From NCBI GenBank assembly GCA_013239625.1, contig MU053881.1, positions 13,692,373-13,756,372 of the forward strand: a stretch of DNA of 64,000 bases. The letters are read 5' to 3'. Every line of letters begins with the position of its first letter. The first letter of the stretch is position 1. Shown piece by piece: positions 40,769 through 55,141 of this stretch. Below the pieces are notes generated by a model. The model did not search any database and was not told where the DNA came from. It worked only from the letters and a program-made list of their open reading frames with translations. Source of the DNA: Lama guanicoe. Its lineage: Eukaryota. Position numbers and translations under genes: made by a program.

Positions 40769-41758
40769 ACTTTTAACCATAGATACTGAATTGTCCTTCT
40801 GCTAAGGACTCAGGCACTTTCTGTCCCTGAAAACTATTTCAAGCAAGAATACAAAGTAGCCTCAAGCTTTACGAAAAGAACAACAGCAACTTTGCCTGTG
40901 TTTGCGGACCTCTGAACCCCTGAGACATTATGGAAATGAGTTCCTACTTAAAATATTTTTACTTCAGTATTAATACACTTGCTTTAGCCCAAGAGGGCTA
41001 GACAAGGATTTCTTTCAATTAGTAAGAATATGCACCCACCCACACACACTGTTTTTCACTGTGACTCTTTCATGTTCTCAGACTGTGTTCTGTTATGTAT
41101 CTCGTTTAAAGTGTAATTCCCTAGATCCACCGCCATCAAAGGATCCAGCTTCAAGAATCTGATCCTGTAGTTATATCTCCCACAAATATTGCTCAGGAAA
41201 AGTGACTCTCCACCTTTTGGTGGGCCAGGAACCTCTTTAGAACTTCGATGGAAGCAAGGAAATTAGAAAAAAATACTGCATGCACATGAAAACCTTCACA
41301 GAATTTCAAGGAGTCGCTGCACGGGCTGAAGCCATGCTGCTGATCCTCGACTTAAAATGCATCCTCGGGCTTATGAAGAGATTTCTTTCACTATAATCAG
41401 AGTGTGCAGCCTTATTCTTATATAACTAGGGAAAAAAACCTTATAGATTGGACTTGCTGAGGAACAGTTAAAGGGGGAACAAAGGGACTGTCACCAATTG
41501 TCTTGTCATCACAGTTGGAGAGGATGAGAATCCTTCATTCCGTGTAGGAAACTGAGCAGGGAAGAGCTGGAATTCTTTCAATAACTGATGAGTGTGGGAT
41601 ATATCAAACACTAAATCCTGCTAATTAAAAGCCCTGCTTTCTCAGACTACTTTTGCAGAAGAAAGTACCCTTCACCAGAAGCTAAAATGGAATTTAGGAA
41701 AGATATACAAAGTTTATAAGCCTTTAAATGAAAGTATCCTATAAATGTTGGTTGATAA

Positions 41759-42091
<333 letters not shown>

Positions 42092-42639
42092 TAAATCAAT
42101 TAAATACGAGTTAAAACTCTTTCGTGTCAAAATTAGATAGCTGTATAGCTGTCGATAATGAAATTAGTCCCATCAGCTTGATATTTTTATTGAAGCATAA
42201 TTCATGTAATATTGCTTGATAATTGTTCCGTTTTTATCTGCGTTCCTTACCTGGGATGAGCTCTCTTCCATCTTTTTTTTTCCCGCCTGAGCAAGAAACA
42301 AAGAAATACCACAATATGTAACTAATCAATGAGCAGAAAGAATTCTAAAGTCTTATTAAGATTTTGGAGTAGCATGGCAGAGGGAAGGACTCAACCAAGT
42401 AAGAATATTGGGAAATCATTCATAGCATCACTTTGCTTGATGTTTTCCATTATTACACCAGAGGAAGAGAATAAATCATACTTCATGGGTATTTTTATGT
42501 TACTAACGCCAGGTATAGTAAACTTATGATCTTTTGTACAACTTCATTATTTTGAGTTCTGACTAATCTCTGTAAAATTTTGAGCTATTAACTGCTCCAC
42601 CGATGTATCTCAGTTCAATCATTACTTCCTTAGCGAAGT

Positions 42640-43200
42640 CACTCATTTATTCATTCAACAAATGTTTGTTGAACACTTACCATGTGTCAAACATACTAGG
42701 CACTGGAGCTAAAGCCAGTGCCCTTCGAGAAGTTATGTTCTAGCAATGAAAGATAAACGATAAATTCATTTTGCATGTAACATGGAAACTATATAATGTA
42801 ATAAGTCCATAGAGGGGAAATAAGCAAGGTAAGGGAACGGGTATTCCTGGGGATGCAGTTTAGAATAATCAGGGTAGACTCAGCGATTGCCAGTGGAACA
42901 AAGACCTGAAGAAGACCAAGAGCCAGGTGAATACCTGGATGGGAATATTCCAGTGTAAGGAAAAGGCTCTGAGCAGAAACGTGCCAAGGAGTTCAGCAGG
43001 GGGGCCAGAGCGGTGGACACAGAGTGAGTTCAGGAGGATAGATAACATCAAGGAGAGGGGACTGAGAGATGAGGAAGTGGTCCAGGGGCCATAACAAAGG
43101 CTTTTACTTTTGTTCAGAGTGAAAATAGAGTCACTGAGCAAAGAAGTGACATGATTTCAAATACAGACTTTTTGTGTGTTGAGATTAGATTATGGTAGTT
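42640..43200 (-). mobile_element. L2 LINE 3' portion
   Basis: tcatttattcattcaacaaatgtttgttgaacacttaccatgtgtca tail; gaacaaagacctgaag; gagcaaagaagtgacatgat. Confidence 0.82.
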
Positions 43201-43949
43201 CATGGAAGGAAGAAGTTAGGACCCCTGGACTGAGTCACATCCCTTATGATATAGTCTCCTAAAATACTGTAGAACACCCCTTGGAGACCAACAGCTGTTA
43301 TTTCTCTTTACTTGGTTCGTGGTGTCCTTTTTCCTCATGGTACTGAGGATACCTTGGAGAAGCATCTATATCTAATTTTGCTTCTGTTACATCTGCAGTT
43401 CTCACACAGTGAGTGGTGTTCAGTAACTATGTGCTGAATAAAGGAATTTATAAATATCCTGTTACTCCAAAGTGAAACTCTATTATCAGTTTTATGTCTA
43501 CTACAGGAATAATAAGTTATTTACTTTTTAAGAGAAATTTTTTAAATGTCTTTTTATGTGAGCAGTTTATTACTAGGTCAGAAAGACCTTAAAACGAGAT
43601 TTAGATAAATAGTAAAATCAGCATTGTCAGTTTTATAATATGCATGTGATACTCACGTCATACAGGATAATCTCTCGTTCACATAATGAAGAGAAAAGTG
43701 AAATTGGAAAAAGTGTCAAAATGACTAATACGGAAAAGATATGAGAACTATAGCACGCCTACATCTGAAGTATGACCATGGGTTTTCCTGAGATGCTGAG
43801 AATCAGATGATCAAATTTTTTAATTTTTTGTATCTGCTTTATAAACATATAGAAAAACAAGGCAAAAATTAGGATCTTATTAGAGAGATAAAATTAAATC
43901 AGAAAATTTATGTTCCCAAAAAAAATCATAGAAAAGAAACTTAACTTTT

Positions 43950-44075
43950 GGGCTGTGTAATTGTATAGTGTTTAAGGACACAGGTTTCTGAGTCAGAGAG
44001 ATCCCAGTTCAAATGCTGACTTTAAAATTGACCATCTCTGCGAACTTGACCTTTGAGGTCAATTTTCACATCACT
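43950..44075 (+). mobile_element. MIR fragment
   Basis: gtatagtgtttaaggacacaggtttctgagtcagagagatcccagttcaaat. Confidence 0.6.
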
Positions 44076-45114
44076 TTTTTGCTACAAATCTGGACCTTAT
44101 CAAACTTGAGACTCTGGGCTCCCAGTGCTTTAGCCAGAGTATCTCTGTCTGTCCCTCTCATTACAGCTTTGAGAGAATAAGCTCCCCACTGTTGGGGATG
44201 CTCCCTCGGCTGCACAGACAGTCACTACCTGACCCAGCGTGGCATTTCCCATAAAGAGTCTCATCATTCTTCTGTATTATTTCTCTGTGCATTACGTGCC
44301 TATATGCCCAACCCAAAAACATGAGGCTAGACACCCGCTTCTCTGTTACTCTCCACCTCTACTTTCCATCTTTTTGGAATCCCTTGTTCGTATCATCTGT
44401 ATCATGCATTTGTTGATTTCAGTACTTTTACAGTTATTTATTTCCCCTTAACACTTAATTTGTCCCTGACGCCTCCCTCCTCGTGACTGGGCAGTGACCC
44501 CACGTGGCCTTCAGTTTTCATTTCAAACTCCGCGTTAGGCTCTGTGTATGTGGCTTTCTATCATGCAGCCCTTACTTAATCCTCACTTTCCTCAACATGC
44601 TTCCTATCATATCCTGTCAGTTACCCACATTGGATTTCTTGCAAAAGGTTTATCTTTTGATGGACTGTGTACTTCCACCTCCACAGAGCACCCATTTAAA
44701 AAACTCCACCACCAAGGCCCTTAGGCCTGCTGTCACTTTAGACCTCCAGTCCTTGGTTGCTGGGTAACCCTTACTCATTTTCCAGGACTTAGCTCCAAAG
44801 TCCATGTTGCCCGTTGCCTGATCTCTTCCCCACCATGTCACAGGCTAAGCCAGGATTTTCTCTATATTCTCAACTGTCTATCATAGCATTTAATTTATAT
44901 CTTGAGTCCCCCACTACAGACATAACTATAAATCTGAAAATAGAATTAAATGAAATGCCCCAAAATGATTAATATTTACTATAAATTAATTTATGCATAT
45001 CTCCAGGCTCTAACACAGGGCTACTGTGTATAACATGTGCCCAGTACGTATTTTGCAGCATATGTGAATAAGTAAAAGAGTAATGAAAGCAGCAAGGAGA
45101 TAGGAACATTATGA

Positions 45115-45426
<312 letters not shown>

Positions 45427-46127
45427 TAGCAATGTAGGCTCATGGCCTTGTTCAACAAAGGAGAAAACCAAGGCCCAGGGAAGACAAGGGTAATTTCCCC
45501 CACATCACAAAGATAATTAGTGATGGAGGCACAGTTAGGGCCCAAACTTAGGACACAACATTTAGACGCCCTTTACCTTAACACTAGGATGGTCCAAACC
45601 AGAGTCATCGGAGAACCCCCTTTGCGAGCTTTTCCATGTATGAGTATAATGTGTGCTATGATTCACTTTATGTTTGTTTACATTTTCTCACTTTATTTAA
45701 ATTTCTTTCAAAAGGAAATTTCATATCACTTAAATCAGCATTACTTTCTGGAAGGTAATTTTGAGTATAAATAAATAAAAATGAAACTATGTGATTAAAT
45801 TCTAGGATATGCTAAATTAAGGCTCTGGGCCTGATCTCTGCATTCTCTTTCATTTAAAAGGGAGATAAAACAAGTGCAGACATGTATTAAAGACCCATCC
45901 ACAACCAACCGAGATTTTCTCCTTGAAGTCATCAGATGGATAGAAAAAAGAAGTGAAAGGGGAAAAAAGAGTAACTTTCTTTTTAAGTGACAGATAATTA
46001 CTTAACGCCTTGCACATGTACCACTTAAAATCGTTGGAGCATTTGGTACCAGAGGCCACTGTCTTGCCTAAGTCAGATAGTCAAAGAACAGTTCCCACCC
46101 AGTCGTACACGCAGCTATTCTTCAAAC

Positions 46128-46290
46128 CACTGGTTCTCAACCTGGGGTGCCCAATTGAATAATTGGAAACGCATTAAACAAACTGAAGCCTGGGTTCCTT
46201 CCCCAGAAATTCTGATTTGATTGTCCTGGGGAATGCCTGGCCATCATAATCCTAAAAAGTTCTCCAAATACTATTCTAATTTGCAGCCAA
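46128..46290. mobile_element. MER5-like DNA transposon relic
   Basis: cactggttctcaacctggggtgc...ccccagaaattctgatttgattgtcctgggg...ttctaatttgcagccaagattt. Confidence 0.78.
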
Positions 46291-47399
46291 GATTTAGAAT
46301 CTCAATTCTGAGGGCTTTTGACAGCATTTCCAATAGATTTTGACAGCTCTTTATTCCCAAAATGTGACTTTACCTGGCTTCCCATTACATAACTTTCTAA
46401 ACTAAACAGAATATCTACATTCGTATTTTCCCACAGTCGAAACTTAGAACCTTCAAAATAGACAAGAAAAACAAGGTCTTATTTTAATATCTACCATAAA
46501 TAGCATTTATAAAGTAGTACATAATTTTGGATTTGATAAATAGTTCATAATGAGGGAACTGGGACAACAGTAATACTTTTAAGCCATCTGGAATTATTAA
46601 TCATCCAATAATTATTTAATTGGCATTTTAATATCTCTAACTTCAATTTAACTCCAAGGACAGCACACCATAAATAATTTCTGCCACTGGGTTTTATTTG
46701 GAGCAAACCCACTGGATGTCTCTGAGTCACTAATATTTTCCCCATATCCATAGGTCTGATATTTGATTTTGGACTATTTGCTAATCAAAGACACCCTTTG
46801 CCAGGAGATAACATTTGTTATCATGCAAATTTTAAATATAGCCCTTGAAAGCCAATGAACCATGGGGCCTAGGAAGTTGTCGACTTCTCTTCAGTGTTCC
46901 AGTTTTCACTTATTGGAATCTGTTAATAGATTCCAAGCTAGCATTATGACTTTCTCGGGCTGTCAAATGAGAGAATGCTTTTTAAACCTGTTTTATGATT
47001 TTCCTGATAGAGAGGCTTTAGTAAAGAAAAGAAATTGAATAAATAAATAAAACTATCTCATAGGACGGCAGTTTGAAATGCATTGATTAAATCAATTGCC
47101 TAATGCAGAGCTGACTTAAGAGAACATCTGATCTCCTTCCACTTTCATGTACCTTGTTTTTTTATACCAATTTGCATTTAAATGATAAATTTAAGTACCA
47201 GAGAGTGGCAGTTTTACAGCAAACTGAACCCGGGGAGTTTCAACTAGTTTTAGATTCAGCGTACTGAGATGGAGGTGGGGAATGGTTCACTGGGCAGGTG
47301 CCCCTTTAGTGATGAAAAACCCATCCTCTTGCCTGAAGTTGGAGCCACAATTCAGAGCTTAGAATATAAGAGAACAAAAGAGACAGTAGAGTTCTAGTC

Positions 47400-47611
47400 C
47401 AGTGGGTTTCTCAAATCATAGGTGATTTTTGCCCCCCTCCCCACCAGAGGACCACTGACAATGCCTGTAGATGGTTTGGAGTGTCAACACCAGGGTTGGT
47501 ATCCAGTGGGCAGAGCCAGGCGTGCTGCTAATACCCTGTCGAGTACTCAGCAGCCAGCCCGTGACAGTCATCCAGCCCCAGATGTCAATATTGCTGAGGG
47601 TAAAAAGCCCT
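47400..47611. mobile_element. MER20 hAT-Charlie DNA transposon relic
   Basis: cagtgggtttctcaa...ggtgatttttgccccc...atccagtgggcagagccagg.gtgctgctaa...atccagccccagatgtcaatattgctgagg..aaaaagccct. Confidence 0.85.
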
Positions 47612-47749
47612 TCTCTGGTCCAATCCTCTGGTTTCAAACACGAGAGAAATATAAGGGGCTTGTCTTGTTCTTGAAACTTTACCCAGAGGTGGCTTCTCCA
47701 CTTTCTCTGATTGGCTCGCATAACATCAAAGTATCAGGAGTTCTAATTT

Positions 47750-47995
47750 AGTACAGTGGTTCTCAACAAATATTTTGGAGTCAGGTTTAGCATTTACCCC
47801 CCATTTAATAGTATGACAATAGGCACAAAAAAAAAAGAAAAAAGGAAAAAAAAGTCTCTCTGGCCCTTCAGTTTCCTCATCTGTAAAATGGGGTTAATTC
47901 CTCTCTCGTAGGCTATTACGGAGACAAGCTAGTGTGTAGAGAGGATAACTCAGTCTCCAGTACATGATGAGTACTCAGTAAGTGATAAATATGGA
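47750..47995 (+). mobile_element. MIR SINE
   Basis: ccttcagtttcctcatctgtaaaatggggttaat core; tacatgatgagtactcagtaagtg tail. Confidence 0.8.
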
Positions 47996-49736
47996 TAACA
48001 TATCATAAATAATAGGCATTACTACATTTTAAAAATTAAATTTACAGTCTTCAGACCTATTGGCGACACTTGCTTGTGTGTTGTGCATGCAATGTAAAAT
48101 GTGGGATGTAATCCCATCCCTAAAAAAGAGCCTTGTCTGCAGAGGCATGTTTCACGTTGGAAGTTTTAAAGTCAAAGCTGGGAAATCATTTTTCAACAGG
48201 CATTAACTGTAAAATCTGTAGTCCACCAACTTCAAACTTTGTTAGTTATTTCTTAGGCTAGAACACTTGATTAGATTTTTGAAAGGTGACCGTCTGACAT
48301 TCCAGACTCCCACTTTTTTTTTTTTTAAACCCAGCATGAAGAGTTACAGGAGCTCCACTTAGGACTCTGATTGTACAACGCTTTCTTTTGTGTCAGCATC
48401 ATGAATAATGCCCCCATATTTCTTATCAAGAATGTCCCTTCTTTTCAACTGGAGTTCTACGGTTTTTTGGGTTTTTTTCTTTTTAAAGATCAGGCACATA
48501 TAATCAACTAAGTATTGTTGGATGATCTGGAGAAATCAGTCACTAGGAGACAGGTTGACTTTTTCAGTTTCCATTGATGGTTTCCTAGAGACAGAAGCAG
48601 CATGTCAGATCATCTAAAGTGGCTTTTAAACTGCTCTCTGTCCTCAGGTCAGAGAGGGATGAAAATGGGAAGCCTAGCCAGGTGGGAACCCACTCTTGCT
48701 TCAAAGGCATACTTCCACCTTTTTCTAATCTCTTCTCTGTGTTAACCTTCCTGTATTTAGCAAGAGTATCTGCAGCTCTTAAAACAGTTCTTAACCTGTC
48801 ATTTGACTGATGCAAAAACTAAGGCTCGTAAGAAAAGTGAAATATCCAAGGTTGCATAGCAAGGTAAACAAAATTTCTGAGACAATCCTCTGTGCAAGCA
48901 ACTGAAAAAAGAATATAAAATTAAAAGGCTGATTCCACATATTCAGTCCATAGTATTCAGTTCAGTTAACTTCTCCTAAAAATCCCTTCTGTCTAAAAAC
49001 AAGAGCATGGCTGACAGGCAGTGTTACTTTCACAGTTGTCTCCATGGTGACACATTAAATTATAAAATACTACAATTTTTAAAAATAAACCTCAAACCAG
49101 CAAGAGTTTTACTGAATATTTTCTCCAAGTGTCTTCAGGAGTAGTTAAAAAAAAAATAAGATCTCTATTCTAGGGTTAGGAGAGTCCTCCTGTTATCTTT
49201 TGCATTCTTCTATTTATGTGTGTGTGTTTATAGAATTTGCTCTTAATTAATTGCACCCACATTTCTAGCTCATACCTTCAAGTTGCCAGCTCTCCTTTTA
49301 TTCTTTTAAGCTTTGTTATTTTCCTAACAATAACTAGGCTTATATACACATATATATATATTTGAGAATTTAGTTAACTTCTGTCTTTTCACTGCTTTGA
49401 TTCTTGTATATCTGAAATGCCGCCAATATCCTTATTGTATTGAGAAACCCACAATCACCAGTTTTCCAAAAAAAAAGCTCTCTGTTGGGAGCCATTCTTT
49501 ATCCTGCATCCAGGGGTGTTGCCAGTCTCTGTGTTGTCTTTATCCATTGTGCTTAATTTTTTTGTGTGTTATGTAAAGCGAGTAAGTTCTTTTAAATTTA
49601 ATTATTTCTAGTGCTTGGAATTAGATTTTTGTAATGATACATTAAAAAAGATGTAAGTTTAGAAATCCTTATCTCTGTTAGCATCGGTCTTTATCTAAAG
49701 GCCAGTAGCATTTATCTATTTCCAGTTTACTTTAAC

Positions 49737-49946
<210 letters not shown>

Positions 49947-50077
49947 TATTTCTGTTGGAGCCAATTTGTTTAGCTGTTCCCTTTAAAATAATGTATGGTT
50001 TGTTTTGCAGATAACCTGTAGACTTGTGTCCACAGAGCCGTGGGGATAAGTTAAATGTTTTCATGAGACCCTAACGG

Positions 50078-50091
50078 GGTTTTTTTCTGTT

Positions 50092-50126
<35 letters not shown>

Positions 50127-50137
50127 TGGGTTTTTTG
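50078..50137. repeat. Poly-T tract (about 30 uninterrupted T) in a T/G-rich context
   Basis: Directly visible, about 180 nt downstream of the beta2L exon donor. Confidence 0.95.
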
Positions 50138-51699
50138 ATGTACATTAATGTGGATGTCAAAAGCACAAGCTTCAGTGTTCCCCTCGGTCATTGTGCCAGA
50201 GAAAGAAACCAAGTGGATCATATTTTGAGACTCCTTTTCATTTGTATTGAGAGGATAGAGTGTCATTAAATACTCTGGTATTTCTTAGTTTTATTGTTGT
50301 GTTTCTTTTGGTGAGTCGAATACGTGGAGACATATATAGTCCTCCTGTAAGCTGGTTCAGAATTCAGAAACCTGTATTTTCTGTCCAAGGTTATTAATTC
50401 GTGTCTGAGAATGTTACGTTTGCATCAAGTCCTTGTTCCTTTATTGTGGTTTATATTTTACAAATAAGTATTATCTTGGCTGGCCCAGTGCTATTATAAC
50501 GATAGGTAAGAGGCAATAATTGAGATTGGTTCTTGTCAACACTCTTGACTTAAATGAACGCCAAAGAAAGCCCACTGGGGGCGAAAACGTAACAGTGTAG
50601 TTTCTGAATCTTCATGTGTTTGCATTTTGTAATTGGCAAATTGTCATTCTTAGTGCCCTCCAAAGTGGAGAATGAGGACGGTGGTGATGAAGATGATGGT
50701 TGTCTCCATTCCACGTTATCATCCGCGACTTGTCTCTCGTTTATCTGTAGTTCTCTTTCTTGGTGAAGCAGTGAATGAATGACGCTGAATGCTTGCAAAT
50801 CTTTCCTATGAGGACTTGATGTCAGATGAGCTGCAGTTATTGTATCTTTAAGTATCAGATTCTTCAATTCCTCATTGTTAATGCCTTTGGGCTGAGAGAT
50901 AGGTGTGGTTAACCTATTAAACTGCTAGCTTGTTTTGGTATTTTAGTTGCTTTTTTAACTTTGTTACTTGTGTTATACATAGCCGCAGAGTCTGATAAAT
51001 GGTATTAGGTAGATTCCAGGAGAAGAGATGTTTGAAACTCTGTTACTCACTGTTGTAGTCTTGATCCCCTGAAACACCCAGCCCCTACTAAGTCTGTCTT
51101 CTCAGCCTGTCTCATTTGTGGGGTTGCTGCTTTTCTTGTTTTCAACTGAAATCTCTGTTGTTGAAATTGAAGTGGGTGATCTGATTGGGCAGCATTCTGG
51201 GTGGAAGAAGATATGTCTGACAGTTGGAGTTCGGGTTCATGATGAAAACGGTTGAACAATGTTGTGTTTTTCAAAACCAGAATGAAAGTATACTGCATGA
51301 TTGGTCTATGACTGGGTAAAAGTTACATGAAAATTCAGGAAAATCCTCAGATGTTACTTGAAAGAAAATTTGCCTCTTTGGTGCTGTTTTCAGCTGCTGG
51401 CTTGAAAGAGTTCATGACACTTCCTGATGCCATGATTTGGACTCTAATTTGTCAAGAACTCTTTCTCTCTATTTCATAAAACATTATGCTAAAAAAAAAG
51501 AATGATTTACATTGAAATATGAATCTTAATGTCTTCTGCCTTTATACTGTTCTTTGTTGGATATGTCTTTATTCTGTCTTTTGAATTCTCCTTTAAGTTC
51601 ATAAGCAGAGTATGAATTAAGGACTAGTATTCAAAAGTTTGAATGATGAGCTGTTAAATCTGTAACCTGTAAAAGCATCAAAATTATGTTGACAACCCT

Positions 51700-51943
51700 C
51701 AGAGGCAGTAGAGTGCACTGGGAAGATGGTGGCTGTTAGAGTCAGACTGAACTGGGTTCACGTTCAAGCGTGGTTATTTATTAGCTGTGTAACATTACAC
51801 GTGTTTAACCTTCATGTTCCTCAGATGAAAACTGAAACACTGATTTTTGCCTCATGGAGGTGCTGAGAGGATTAAATGAGAGAATTTGTTAAGGACATTA
51901 CCCAGGACTAGACAAAGAGCACTCAATACATAGTTGCTATTAT
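51700..51943 (+). mobile_element. MIR SINE
   Basis: tagagtcagactgaactgggttca...tattagctgtgtaac...tgagaggattaaatgagagaat...agcactcaata.atagttgctattatt. Confidence 0.8.
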
Positions 51944-51984
51944 TCTGGAGAAGGGAGCAGTGTGTATCTTTCTCAGGTTTTCTT

Positions 51985-52500
51985 GTTTTAGCTCTATTAC
52001 TATTTTTCTGATTATAAAGCTAATTTGTAATTGTTCTTTAAAGAAAATGTGCAAAAGGCAGTGAAAACCACCTGCACTCTACACCCAGATATAGTCATTC
52101 TTCACACTGCCCTTTATTTACACTTAGTGACATATTTTTATATAAATAACTATGCTCTGCTATTGTATATACTGCTATTTTCGACGTAACTTTTTTGATC
52201 TTTAAGTATCAGTCTGCATCATTTCTAACAACTACAAAACATTGTGTTGAATGTGTGTACTATAATTTATATAATGAGCACCTCTTTTTAGATGTTTGCA
52301 GGGTATCTAGGTGGGTTTCAATTATAAACAAGTCTGAAATAAGCATCCCATGCTGACATGTTTGCACACCATTGATTCCTAATATATTTCTTAAAGTAAA
52401 ATTTGCAAGTCCAAAAGCATGCGCCTTTAAATTGGTGATACATGTTGCCAGATTGTTCCCTGGAAAAGTTCTACTGTAGTTTCCATATCTATGAGAGTGT
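51985..52500 (-). mobile_element. Old L1 (L1ME-like) 3' fragment
   Basis: tttttctgattataaa...ggtgggtttcaattataaaca...atttcttaaagtaaaatttgcaagtccaaaagcatg...ttgccagattgttccc. Confidence 0.55.
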
Positions 52501-52507
52501 AGCTGTG

Positions 52508-52555
52508 TACACACACACATACACACACACACACCCTACACACACACACACACAT
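52508..52555. repeat. (CA)n microsatellite, interrupted
   Basis: acacacacacatacacacacacacaccctacacacacacacacacatc. Confidence 0.95.
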
Positions 52556-53409
52556 CACCCACCCCTAAAATAATGAAGAAACAGAAAACTGATGTCTAAC
52601 TGTTTTCCATTGTGAAAAGTTTTACAGAAATAGAGACAGAAGAATCCAAAAACCCATGTGCAGTTTTTCTCTTCTCTGTCCAAAGCCACAGAGAATAAAA
52701 TGGCAAGAGAAAGACAAAAGACAAACAGTCAACACTCAACTTACACTGAAGCTGTGCAGAGGGGCAGAAAGGCATGAGGAGGTTCAATGTTGGTGCATGC
52801 AAAATCCAGGAGAATCTACCCAAGCTACATTTGAGCAAGTAGAAGAACCCTATAGAAAGGTCTACATCAAAATGAAGCATCTAAACAAACAGTGTGGCAG
52901 CTGTACACAGAAACTACCAAATGACATTCTATCTCTGTCTCTCTCATTTGGTAGGAAAAGAGAGAGGAACTCAGCATGCAAAAGACAGATAATGACCCTT
53001 CACTGCAAAAAAAAAAAAAAAAGTCAGGATGTATTAAAATTTTTCATAACAAGTTTTTTTCCTGCTAGAAAATTGACAGAGATATGAAACAAAAGATCAA
53101 GGTAAGCAAGAGACTATAAAAAGGTAAATATGATGGGGAAGAAATTTTCATAGACACTAATAACTGAATCTAAAATAGTAAGGAAGAAAACCAGTATGGC
53201 AAAAAATTAAAAGAGTAACACAAAGTTCAGGCTGTTGAAAATCTCACTGAAGGCAAATAAAGAGATGTCGAGATGAAAGCCACTTAGAGAAAATATAATA
53301 CAGGACAAGTACAGCAGATTAAAAATGCAAAACCTTGATGTTAGTGAAGTATAGAATGGAAAAAAATGGAGTAGAAAAAATATTTAAATCTGATATCAGT
53401 AATTCTAAT

Positions 53410-53620
53410 AATGATAATAATCAATACTTCTTGAATGTCTTGTATGTGGTTAGACACTCTATACACATGATTTCATGATCTATTCCTTATTATGACCGTA
53501 TGTTGTAATCATTGTAATTTTACAGATGATGAATGGAGACTCAGAGAGTATAATTAATTTTCTTAAGATTCGACAGCTGAGAAAATATGACTGGAAGATG
53601 CTCTCTTAACTACTCCTCTG
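53410..53620 (-). mobile_element. MIR nested in the old L1
   Basis: attttacagatgatgaatggagactcagagag...cttaagat..gacagct. Confidence 0.7.
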
Positions 53621-54339
53621 TACATTATGTATACACATCTGTAATGAAAGTAATAAGTAGGCCAGAAGATATACTGGGTTCCAAGATAAAAAGTATGCAA
53701 TACCATTGCCACCTTATTATTATTCTTCTCAAATGACTAAACTTCCAGCCAGAAAAAGTGAATGAATGACAAGGAAGGAAAAAAAAGATATATTTCAAAC
53801 ATTTTTATAAGTCAATGGAAAAGTCAAATGGAAAGTCAATGTTACAGGGTTCTGAGGGGGGAAAATATAACCTAGGAATATTATTGATATATACAGGCAA
53901 AAGAAAGATAATCTATCCTCAGTATGTGGAATCTAAGGAAACATAGCGTCCATAAGTCCTTATTCAAAAAATATATATATTATAGCTTGGTGAAAAAATA
54001 AAATCCAGCTCCCAACAAAAGGTAGTCAAAGTAAGGGATGTTAAAATAGGAAAAGCCAGTATGGCAGCATTTAGAACTAGAGGTAGCTTGTAGAACTAAA
54101 ATTATCCAACCCTAGAAATTAAAGTTACAGAATAAAAGATAATTGAAACATTTTCAAAAACTAGATATTGAAGATAAGTAAAAAGAATAAATCAGAATAG
54201 GTATGGCTGATGTGGGAGAAAGTATTTGTTTCCTAATTCATAGCAGTGACTCAGTATTTACCTTTTATTTTGAGAGTTTATGAATCAAGAATTTGAAGAT
54301 CAAGGATGTGTTTAAAATTAACATAGATAACTTCTATGA

Positions 54340-54525
54340 CTGTGTTTTTCAAAGGGTCTACCATAGACTGCCTACCTTACGGTCACCTGGGATGCTTGGT
54401 TAGAAAGTAGATTCTACCTGAGATATAAATCAAAATCTTTAGTGGGAAAGCTGAGGAACTGACATTTTTATTTCACAGATCTTTATGGTTTTACACTAAA
54501 GCATGAAAGTCTGAGGACCATTATG
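54340..54525. mobile_element. MER5-like relic nested in the old L1
   Basis: tcacctgggatgcttggttagaaagtagattct...aaatcaaaatctt...tgaaagtctgaggaccat. Confidence 0.6.
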
Positions 54526-54598
54526 ATAGAAGAATCAAAAACTGACACTTCATCTTATAAAAACTTTAGGTAATAAGATAGAAATAGAGAGAGATGAG

Positions 54599-55141
54599 AG
54601 CAGCATTATTTACAATAGCTAAGATATGAAAGCAACCTCAACACCCATCAGTAGACAAATGGGTAAAGAAGATGTGGTATATGTATACAATGGAATATTA
54701 CTCAGCCATAAAAATGAAATACTGCCATTAGCAACAACATGGATGGACCTAGAGGGCATTATACAAAGTGAAATAAGTCAGAGAAACACAAGTACCACAT
54801 GATCTCACTTGTGGAATCTAAAAACAAAACAAACAAAGAAAACAGTATGAAAATAGACCCATAGATGCAGAGAACAAATTGGTGGTTGCCAGAAGAAGAG
54901 GGGTGGGGGAGTAGGCAACACAGGTGAAGGTGAAGTGGATTAAGAGATACAAACTTCCAGTTATAGTCATGGGGATATAGACAGCATAAGGAACATAGTC
55001 AATGATACTGTATAACTTTGTTCAGGGACAGATGTTTAGTAGACTTATGATTATTTCAAAATGTATACAGATGTCAAATCATTATGTAGCACACCTGAAA
55101 CTAACATAATATTGTATGTCAACTATATTTCAGTACAAAAA
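54599..55141 (+). mobile_element. 5'-truncated L1 3' end nested in the old L1
   Basis: gcagcattatttacaatagctaagatatg.aagcaacct...gaagatgtggtatatgtatacaatggaatattactcagccataaaaa...acatggatggacctagag...acacctgaaactaacataatattgtatgtcaactata. Confidence 0.92.

Noticed and set aside
50140..50240. Possible upstream continuation of the CR1 RT (minus strand HLVSF...MTEG...AFD)
   Set aside because: Only a few residues resemble NLISF...KAFD, the VYLDF motif is missing and the spacing to WIKNWL is too long. Not supportable without an HMM search.
52656..53087. 143-aa + strand ORF
   Set aside because: Lies in A-rich decayed L1-like sequence, has no recognisable domain and includes a poly-A run.
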